Shown piece after piece: positions 56,675-64,000 of a DNA stretch of 64,000 bases. The notes under the pieces were generated by a model. It did no database searches. It was not told the origin of the DNA and saw only the letters and a list, made by a program, of their open reading frames with translations. The stretch's first letter is position 1. Each line of letters starts with the position of its first letter. Both the position numbers and the translations under genes were made by a program. This DNA is from a virus, in the IMG/VR virus record IMGVR_UViG_3300044638_004201, positions 1 to 64,000 of that record; one strand, written 5' to 3'.

Positions 56675-57058
56675 ATGGCAACAGTAATTATTAGAAAAGC
56701 AGAACTAGATTTCATGCTCAATAATCCATCTGGTGATGTCGGAAGATATTTAGCAAAAAAAGGAAGAATAGTTCAGGCTGCTGCTAAGTCTCAGGTTGGA
56801 GTACGAACTGGAGCACTTCGTTCCTCTATTCATATGCGCCACCTTCGTGATTCTAGAGGTCAATTTGTAAAAATTGGCTCATCATTGAACTATGCACTAC
56901 TTCACCATGAGGGAAGTAAGCCTCATCTAATCGTTCCCAACAGGGCAACGGTACTTAGGTTTGTTAACAGGGGCCGTGTGGTCTATGCCCACGCAGTCAT
57001 GCATCCTGGAACAAAGGCAAATCGCTATCTTACTGACAACCTAAAGTTGGTAAAATAG
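56675..57058 (+). CDS. HK97 gp10-like neck protein
   Basis: VRTGALRSSI, YA..HHEG.KPH.I, V.HPGT.AN.YL. Confidence 0.75.
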   Translation: MATVIIRKAELDFMLNNPSGDVGRYLAKKGRIVQAAAKSQVGVRTGALRSSIHMRHLRDSRGQFVKIGSSLNYALLHHEGSKPHLIVPNRATVLRFVNRGRVVYAHAVMHPGTKANRYLTDNLKLVK

Positions 57059-57117
57059 TTAGTAATTTACTATGCCAATAGTAAATAAAGACATACGAGA
57101 AACGAGGATAAACAAAG

Positions 57118-57471
57118 ATGACAAATCCGAGATTTAGGGATTTTGGTGCTGGTGACAGCATTTCAGAACCCCTTTCTTTCAAACTCCATGGGGAAGAGTT
57201 TCACTGCAAGCCAGCACTCCAAGGAAAAGTTCTTTTGGACATGGTTGCTACTGCCCAGTCGGGTGCTGAAAGCGCTATTGCAAACAACCTAATTGAAACT
57301 TTTTTTGCAAAAGCACTTATTCAAGAAAGCCTTGTTCGTTTTGAGGCCTTACTACAAGACCCAGAAAAAATCGTAACTGTAGAAACGTTAGGAGAACTTA
57401 CTTCCTGGTTAGTGGAGCAATACTCAAGCCGCCCTACGCAGGGGCCAGGGGACTCCTTGAGTGGGCAGTAG
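57118..57471 (+). CDS. Tail assembly chaperone (G)
   Basis: Directly before tape measure; WLVEQYSSRPT end motif. Confidence 0.8.
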   Translation: MTNPRFRDFGAGDSISEPLSFKLHGEEFHCKPALQGKVLLDMVATAQSGAESAIANNLIETFFAKALIQESLVRFEALLQDPEKIVTVETLGELTSWLVEQYSSRPTQGPGDSLSGQ

Positions 57472-57845
57472 ACCTTTGGCCTTATGTCAACGGGAAAGCA
57501 CTAATGAGCGGCCTACAGATTTCTGAGTTGTCTTCTTCTGAAATGTTAGACGTTATACACGTCTTATTTGAAGAAGATTACACTAGCGCTGTTAGTGGAG
57601 AACAAGTTGACGCAAAGAACAAGATTAGAAAAATTATGTATAAAGAGTTCTATGACAGAACTTATACATATGGCGGAGGTTCAAACGATTACTCTGAAGA
57701 GCCTTTAGGGTCTCAGGTGGATTACAGCGATGTAACTCCATTTGATCCAAAAAAGGCAGCAGTAAAGCCGTTTGTTCCTGCTACAGATATTAATGAAAAC
57801 TCTCCAAAACCATTTGGAAAAGTATTAGACGGCCCACTGGGCTAA
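57432..57845 (+). CDS. Tail assembly chaperone -1 frame extension (T)
   Basis: -1 frame is open across the end of G (PYAGARGLLEWAVDLWPYVNGKAL-MSGLQ...). Confidence 0.65.
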   Translation, partial: PYAGARGLLEWAVDLWPYVNGKALMSGLQISELSSSEMLDVIHVLFEEDYTSAVSGEQVDAKNKIRKIMYKEFYDRTYTYGGGSNDYSEEPLGSQVDYSDVTPFDPKKAAVKPFVPATDINENSPKPFGKVLDGPLG

Positions 57846-57867
57846 GAATGTCGGGAGGTGATGGTAC

Positions 57868-60800
57868 GTGGCAGTTGTAGGTGATGCATATGTGGTTGTT
57901 CGGGCCATCACCACTGGCGTTGAAAAAGATATTAAAAACGCTTTTAATGGTACTGATCGTATTGGTGAAAATGCTGGAGATCGTGTCGGTAGGTCTTTTG
58001 TAAAAGGCTTTATGCGTGGTGGCGATGGCAGAAGTATGTTTTCCAACATTATTAGCCAAGCCACTGCTGCTAGAGAAAGATTTACTTCTTTAACTAGAGC
58101 AGGATACGCACTTGCCCCAGCCTTAACTGCCCTTGGTGGAATTATTGGTTTACTTGGCACAGGTCTACTCTCTCTTGGTTCAGTTATAGCCGCTGCGACA
58201 GCGCCTGCTTTTTATGTTCTTGCACAAAGTGTTACTGCTGTTGCTCAAGCGGCGATTACTCTTAAATTAGCATTTTCTGGAGTTGGTAAAGCAATCCAGG
58301 CTGGAAGTAAAGCCAAAAAGGCTGGAGCAGACAGAGCAAAAGCACTTGAAAAAGCAGAAGATAGGCTTACTAAAGCACAAAGGGCTCTAGCAAATGCTTA
58401 TGAAGATGCAGCAACTAGAGAAGTAAAAGCAAAGAAGACAATTACAGATGCAGAAAAAGAACTTTCTAAAGCCCGTGAACAAGCAATTGAAGATTTACAA
58501 CAAATTGGTTTTGAGTCAGAAGATGCCGCTATTGCTGAGCAAAAAGCAGCAATTGAACTTGAAAAAGCCCGTGAAACTCTTGCTCGTGTCTCTGACCTTC
58601 CACCAAACTCTCGTGCTCGTAAAGAAGCAGAACTGGCGTTTGCTCAAGCAGATTTGAATTATAGAAAAGCCATTGATGCAAACAATGACTTAAAAAAGAC
58701 AGAAGCAAAGAACGCTGAACTTGCTAAAAAGGGTCCCCAAGCCCTTATTGATGGTCAAGAAAATGTTGTTAATGCTTTGGCGTCAGTAGATGATGCTACA
58801 AATGCTTATAACGAAACAATAAAAGACAATGAACGTTCAATTCTTAGTGCCACTGAGGCACGAGACGAAGCGGCAGAAGCCGTAGATGATATAAAAAATA
58901 ACAAAGATGCGACAGATGCCTACGCCGATGCTCTAGCAGAGTTATCAAAAGAGGCAAGAGCATTTGCTGAGTATATGGTTAACACTTTTATACCAGCCCT
59001 TAAAGACTTAAAAGCAGCAGCAGGTGAAGAACTATTTCCAAAGTTAGAAACCGCTCTAGAAAATCTTAGAACTAAATTATTCCCGGCGCTAATCCCGCTC
59101 CTTAAGGAGACTGGCGGAGTTATCGGCGACATCGCTGTAAAGTTCTCTGAAGCAGTAACAAAGGGAGAGAATCTAGAAAGACTAGAAAGAATTTGGAAAT
59201 CTAACGACAAAGTATTGAAAAATTTTGGTGATGCTTTAGTTAGTCTTTACGAGAACCTGCTAATTATTCTTGACAACATTAGCCCTCTTACAGAAGAATT
59301 TTCTGCGTGGATTGCTGCTGTAACTGCGGGTTGGACAGAAACCCTCAAGGCTGATGAAGCCTCTGGAAAACTTAATGAAAAATTTCAAACTGCTAGAGGA
59401 ATCCTAAAAGACTTAGGTAAAATTATTGGAAACACTTTTGGCGGACTAGGCAAAATTATTGCTGCCAACGTTGGTCCAGGCAGTGGTGGTCAGTTCTTCC
59501 TAGACTATCTCAAAGAGGTTACTGGCAGATTTAAGAATATAACCGAAATTGATGGAAGACCTCTAAAAGACTTCTTTTTAGATGCTGCTGAAAACGGCAC
59601 TAGATTATTAGACTTAATTGGAAATATTCTTGGTGGATTTATTGGCCTGGCTGACAACGAAGGACTTGGAATTTTTCTACTTCAACTTAATGATGTAGTA
59701 GACATATTCCAAGAAATTGGCGAAAATCTTGATGCTTCTTTGCCATCATTTGGAAATTTCTTAATTCAGTTTGCAACATTTGTCGCTTTAGTTACAGAGA
59801 GCGGCTCAATTACAATATTTTTTGATACTCTTTCCAAAGTATTAGGAAAAATAAATGAATTTTTAGCAAGCGATTTGGGTCAAAAAATATTAAACATATC
59901 TGCTCAAGTCTTGCCGCTACTAGCAGCCATTGGTCTTATTGGTAGCGTTGCAAAATTTGCCTTTTTAGTTGTTCTTGGAGGAATTGTAAAACTAATTACC
60001 CCATTTATAACATTAGGCACTGTTATATTTAATGCATATAAGGCTTTTATGGGTTTGAAGATTGTTATGCTACTTGGTGCTGGACCTGTTTTAGCAATTG
60101 TTGCAGGGATTGCCGCTTTAGTTGCAATTGTTGTACTTTTATTTACAAAAAGTGAAAAACTTAGAGAAGCGTTTATGCTTCTTATAGATGGCGCTCTTGG
60201 TGCTCTTAAGGGAGCCTTTAATGACATTATGGGAGCAATTGACAGCATAATGCCATCAATTAGAAGTGTTGGTGAACTTTTTGAAAGCGTTGGAAACTTC
60301 TTAGCAGTAACCCTTGTTCCTATTTTAAGTTTTATTCTTGTTAGAGCCATTGGTGTTCTTTCTGGAGCAATTCAAAAAGTTATTTATGTTATTGGTGGAA
60401 TTATTGAAGCCTTCAAGGCTGTGTGGTACTTTGTAAAGGGTATCTTCCAACTCCTAACAGGTAACACCGAAGGTGCTGCCGACTCTATGAAGAAGTCTTT
60501 CTCGGCAGCATTTAGTGCTATCAAGAATGTGATTAAATCAATTGTTGCTCCTTTCACTGGAGTAATCAACGCAATCTCAGATGCTTGGAATAATTCTGTA
60601 GGTAAACTTAGTTGGACTATCCCTAAATGGGTGCCAGGTATTGGCGGAAATACCTTTAGTGTCCCTAAACTACCTCGCATTAACTTAGCAAATTTTGCCG
60701 AAGGTGGAACTGTATTCCCTCAAACAGGCGGAGTAATTGCTCGTGTTGCTGAAGCAGGTAGACCAGAGCGTATTGAGCCTTTAGACCCAGAAGGTTTGTC

Positions 60801-60954
60801 AGTTAGAGATAAAGCAATCATTGACAGACTTTCTGGTGGTGGTGGAAAGGGAGTTGTTATAAATGTTCATCCATCTGAAGGCATGGACGAGAGAGAACTA
60901 GCAGCAATAGTTTCTCGTCAGATTGCTTTTGCAACTCGTAGGGGAGCAGCATAA
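57868..60954 (+). CDS. Tape measure protein
   Basis: 1028 aa, helical and Ala-rich; N-terminal VGDAYV; hydrophobic segments; C-terminal FAEGG...AEAGRPE. Confidence 0.9.
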   Translation: MAVVGDAYVVVRAITTGVEKDIKNAFNGTDRIGENAGDRVGRSFVKGFMRGGDGRSMFSNIISQATAARERFTSLTRAGYALAPALTALGGIIGLLGTGLLSLGSVIAAATAPAFYVLAQSVTAVAQAAITLKLAFSGVGKAIQAGSKAKKAGADRAKALEKAEDRLTKAQRALANAYEDAATREVKAKKTITDAEKELSKAREQAIEDLQQIGFESEDAAIAEQKAAIELEKARETLARVSDLPPNSRARKEAELAFAQADLNYRKAIDANNDLKKTEAKNAELAKKGPQALIDGQENVVNALASVDDATNAYNETIKDNERSILSATEARDEAAEAVDDIKNNKDATDAYADALAELSKEARAFAEYMVNTFIPALKDLKAAAGEELFPKLETALENLRTKLFPALIPLLKETGGVIGDIAVKFSEAVTKGENLERLERIWKSNDKVLKNFGDALVSLYENLLIILDNISPLTEEFSAWIAAVTAGWTETLKADEASGKLNEKFQTARGILKDLGKIIGNTFGGLGKIIAANVGPGSGGQFFLDYLKEVTGRFKNITEIDGRPLKDFFLDAAENGTRLLDLIGNILGGFIGLADNEGLGIFLLQLNDVVDIFQEIGENLDASLPSFGNFLIQFATFVALVTESGSITIFFDTLSKVLGKINEFLASDLGQKILNISAQVLPLLAAIGLIGSVAKFAFLVVLGGIVKLITPFITLGTVIFNAYKAFMGLKIVMLLGAGPVLAIVAGIAALVAIVVLLFTKSEKLREAFMLLIDGALGALKGAFNDIMGAIDSIMPSIRSVGELFESVGNFLAVTLVPILSFILVRAIGVLSGAIQKVIYVIGGIIEAFKAVWYFVKGIFQLLTGNTEGAADSMKKSFSAAFSAIKNVIKSIVAPFTGVINAISDAWNNSVGKLSWTIPKWVPGIGGNTFSVPKLPRINLANFAEGGTVFPQTGGVIARVAEAGRPERIEPLDPEGLSVRDKAIIDRLSGGGGKGVVINVHPSEGMDERELAAIVSRQIAFATRRGAA

Positions 60955-62111
60955 TGTCATTGACACAAGCGGAAGAAAATAATTATGTAGACCGCTCGCT
61001 CATTCCGCTACCGCAACCGCACCTAACAGGTATGAAGTTGCAGGAAGACATCTCGCTCAACGAGTTTGTTTTCAACAGGGTAGATGAGTTTGGCGTTGTT
61101 TGGGTCATTACAAATATTGAAGGATGGTGGCAACACCCTGCACCAGATGTTCCAGATATCAGACGCGGCTGGGGAGATGGCTCTTACGACGTTAAGGGTC
61201 GCTACAACGCTAGAGATATTACTCTTGAGGGTGTAATTCTTACACCTAACCCAAGCCTACTTGCTGCTGCTAGAGCACGATTTATTGCTGCTACAAACCT
61301 TGTCTATTCGGGAGGATGGTTAAAAACAGATGAAAACCCTACTAAGGCTTGCTGGGTTAGACTCAGTGGAGAGCCAAAGATTGAAACAGTCAATGCTCGC
61401 GGTAGAACTGAGTTTTCCATTGGTCTTCGCGCTGCTGACCCAATAAAGTATCAGTGGAATGCGGCAAATGAAAGTGGCTATTTTGAACAAGAGATTCTTG
61501 CTAAATCAGTAAGCCCTTCTCGCACAGGCTCCGCTGTTATTACAAATAGTGGTGATTACCCTGTCAGTACATATATAACAGTTGTAGGACCAGTTGTTGG
61601 TCCAGCAGTTATCTCTAACGAAACAAATGAAGAGTTTATTACTATTACTGGAACCCTTCGTGCTTTGACAACAAAAACTATCAACAACCGAGGAATCACA
61701 GACAACTTAGTCACTATCGGCACAACTGCGGCTCATGGGCTGACTGCTGGAGATTCTGTAACTATTAGCGGACTAGGTGCTCCATACGACGGAGTGCAGA
61801 TAGTTGCTAGTGTTGTTGGCTCAGAGTCTATTTCTACTCAATTTACTTTTGAAGTTAGTTCAGGAAATGTTGCATACGGTGCTGGCTCTGGCTCACTTGT
61901 TTATGGACCTGACCTACTTGAGATTGATACATACAACAGAACTGTCTACCTCAATGGTCAATACTTTGGAGCACGAACAAAACTTGAGGTCTACAACGAC
62001 TGGGTTACTCTTTCCCCTGGCGCAAATACAATTCTTTATTATGACAATGGAGCAGCCTCTGCTTCGGCTTCAAAAATTACAGTTGAATACAGGTCTGGCT
62101 GGCTAGGCTAA
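60954..62111 (+). CDS. Distal tail (Dit-like) minor tail protein
   Basis: Follows TMP; R.ITLEG, L.AADP.KY, NSGDYP, W..L.PG.N. Confidence 0.78.
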   Translation: MSLTQAEENNYVDRSLIPLPQPHLTGMKLQEDISLNEFVFNRVDEFGVVWVITNIEGWWQHPAPDVPDIRRGWGDGSYDVKGRYNARDITLEGVILTPNPSLLAAARARFIAATNLVYSGGWLKTDENPTKACWVRLSGEPKIETVNARGRTEFSIGLRAADPIKYQWNAANESGYFEQEILAKSVSPSRTGSAVITNSGDYPVSTYITVVGPVVGPAVISNETNEEFITITGTLRALTTKTINNRGITDNLVTIGTTAAHGLTAGDSVTISGLGAPYDGVQIVASVVGSESISTQFTFEVSSGNVAYGAGSGSLVYGPDLLEIDTYNRTVYLNGQYFGARTKLEVYNDWVTLSPGANTILYYDNGAASASASKITVEYRSGWLG

Positions 62112-62139
62112 AAACAACAAAACAAAAGGAAAAAGTGAC

Positions 62140-64000
62140 ATGGCAACGAATGAAGTAACACCAGCGGATTATCGCTACTACACTGTTGATTTGCTGACCA
62201 ACAATGTAATTGCTGAAATCCCTTTTACTGGCGTTTCCTATTCTCGTGCTCTTAGCAAGGCTGGCTCATTTTCTGGCGATATTCCAATGATTGATGCCAC
62301 TTCCTCTTTTAATCTTTATGAAACAACTATGCCTGGAAAGACAGCACTCTATGTATTGCGTAACGGAGTCTGTGTGTGGGGCGGAATTATTTGGTCTCGC
62401 TCATACTCTCCAGCAAACAAAACCCTGACTATTGATGGTCAAGAGTTTATAAGTTACCTCTATCACCGTGCTGTTTGGCAGACTCTTTACTACGGCTCAG
62501 AGGGCGTCTACTGTTCTAAGTATCAAGCAGGATCTGGTACAGCAACTGTATTTACAGATGTAGACCACGGCTTTGCTATAGGAGACAAAGTAAGAGTTGC
62601 GTCCCTCAATCCAGCAATTAATGGAGACCACACCATTACTGCAACTCCATCTTTAGCAAGTTTTAGTTTTGCTAGCGCAGCGACTCTTGCCTTGAGTCCA
62701 TCAAGTACGGGACTGGCAAGAACTATCGTTGATTCTTACGAAGTTGTACGAGATATTTTAGGCTGGCTTTCTGATGATTTTGGTGATAACCAATTTATCA
62801 ATGATGAAATTAAGCCAGCAAGTGAAATTGAATACTCAATTGTAAATAAGGCTATGACAAGTGGCTTAGCAACCCTTACTACATCTCTGCCTCACGACCT
62901 TATTGAAGGACAACTTTTAGAGATTATTGATGTCGATGCTGCTATTGATGGATACAGAATAATTACATCTATACCTACCTCTACAAGTTTTACATTTCAA
63001 GTAGAAGGAAGTAGTGCAAATGTGGCTTCTGCTGCTACATCTGGTCTTTCTACATATAACGTAACCGCAAAAGCCATAGTAAATAATCTTTACTCTGTAA
63101 CCAATAAACTTGCCTCAAACAACATTGTTACTCTCACAACTAATGCTGCTCATAATTTAGTTCCAGGAGATGAAGTAAGCATTGCTAAGGTGGACTCCAA
63201 CCTCAACGGAACATATACTGTTCTTACCACCCCTGCTGCTAATACTTTTACATACGCAAAAACAGTAACTAATATTGCATCTACCGTTGTAACTGGCGGT
63301 GAGGCTTCATACAAGACTGCTGTTCTTGTGACCTCTACAAATCACGGACTTAGCGCTAGAAAAACTATTGTTGTTGATATAGATGATGCAGCGTATGACG
63401 GTGTAAAAACAGTGTCAAGTATTGTAGATGCTACGACTTTGAAGTTTACTCTATTTAGCACGCTCACCGCAGCAACAGAGAGTGTCTTTGGCGGAACTCT
63501 CAAGTGGGGCTCACGGGCTGTTGCTGGTACTTATGGTTCATACTCTTCTAACTCCAGTATTGGAATTGACACTACTAACAATTTGAGCGGAAAGTATCTT
63601 GGAGCAACCCAGCAGGTCTTTAGAGGCTCTGAGTTGAAGTACTTTGGAGAAATCCTCGAAGACTTTGCTAAGAATATTGACGGTTTTGAGTATAGGATTG
63701 ATTGCGACTTTACTAACGATGAGTTTACTCGTACATTTAGATTTGTTCCTTTTATCCCGCCTCCACAAAAAATCAATGTTGTAAATAAGCAACTTACATC
63801 TAATATTGCTACTTTGACAACTGAAGGCGCTCACGGGCTAGAAGTAAATGAAGAAATTGTTATTGCTGATGTTGGTTTGAACTTTAATGGAACCTATGTT
63901 GTTTTATCAACCCCAACTTCTAACACCTTTACATATCAGTCATATGGCAACAATGTTCCCTCTACTGCTTGTTTAGGTTCTATCGGCTCTGTTCATCCGC
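62140..64000 (+). CDS. Minor tail/baseplate hub protein with repeated beta modules (runs off window)
   Basis: Manual translation MATNEVTPADYRYYTVDLLT...AEIP...LSKAGSF...VWGGIIW; open to the window end; not in track. Confidence 0.8.
   Translation, partial: MATNEVTPADYRYYTVDLLTNNVIAEIPFTGVSYSRALSKAGSFSGDIPMIDATSSFNLYETTMPGKTALYVLRNGVCVWGGIIWSRSYSPANKTLTIDGQEFISYLYHRAVWQTLYYGSEGVYCSKYQAGSGTATVFTDVDHGFAIGDKVRVASLNPAINGDHTITATPSLASFSFASAATLALSPSSTGLARTIVDSYEVVRDILGWLSDDFGDNQFINDEIKPASEIEYSIVNKAMTSGLATLTTSLPHDLIEGQLLEIIDVDAAIDGYRIITSIPTSTSFTFQVEGSSANVASAATSGLSTYNVTAKAIVNNLYSVTNKLASNNIVTLTTNAAHNLVPGDEVSIAKVDSNLNGTYTVLTTPAANTFTYAKTVTNIASTVVTGGEASYKTAVLVTSTNHGLSARKTIVVDIDDAAYDGVKTVSSIVDATTLKFTLFSTLTAATESVFGGTLKWGSRAVAGTYGSYSSNSSIGIDTTNNLSGKYLGATQQVFRGSELKYFGEILEDFAKNIDGFEYRIDCDFTNDEFTRTFRFVPFIPPPQKINVVNKQLTSNIATLTTEGAHGLEVNEEIVIADVGLNFNGTYVVLSTPTSNTFTYQSYGNNVPSTACLGSIGSVHP

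Noticed and set aside
32638-64000. Numerous alternative-frame and antisense ORFs in the track
   Set aside because: They are shadows of long, well-supported + strand virion genes
1-64000. Stop-codon reassignment, integrase, transposase, tRNA or rRNA genes
   Set aside because: Genes are intact under the standard code with all three stops used; no such elements recognised

Overview
A 64-kb segment of a large tailed (siphovirus-type) bacteriophage genome. The host is most likely an Actinobacterium, judged from the cluster-B-like head and tail genes, the AGAAAGG-type ribosome-binding sites, the leaderless transcripts and an actinobacterial-type PduO. There are four blocks. (1) 1-7.98 kb: a minus-strand, translationally coupled cobalamin module (class II ribonucleotide reductase, a putative B12-binding exported protein, a 40-aa membrane peptide, and a PduO-type cobalamin adenosyltransferase cut off at the window edge and absent from the ORF track), followed by small genes, a holin-like gene and a terminase-small-subunit-like gene. 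(2) 7.98-8.7 kb: a repeat-rich non-coding junction. (3) About 8.7-31 kb: an early/host-takeover region of about 60 mostly small genes driven by many sigma70-type TTGACA promoters. It includes MoxR+vWA, an Ntn protease, a dual-specificity phosphatase, a lytic transglycosylase and HTH proteins. By eye this region is purged of GATC, CCWGG and ACGT except inside short islands defined by two recurring motifs about 42 bp apart, and it also carries hairpins with anti-Shine-Dalgarno loops. (4) 31-64 kb: virion genes, including portal, a 3136-aa polyvalent protein (DEDDh exonuclease, WYL-like and HipA/PI3K-like kinase domains), a 1579-aa maturation-protease polyprotein, two capsid proteins and tail genes. 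No tRNA, rRNA, CRISPR array, integrase or large terminase was recognised. All functional calls come from recalled motifs, and all counts were made by eye.
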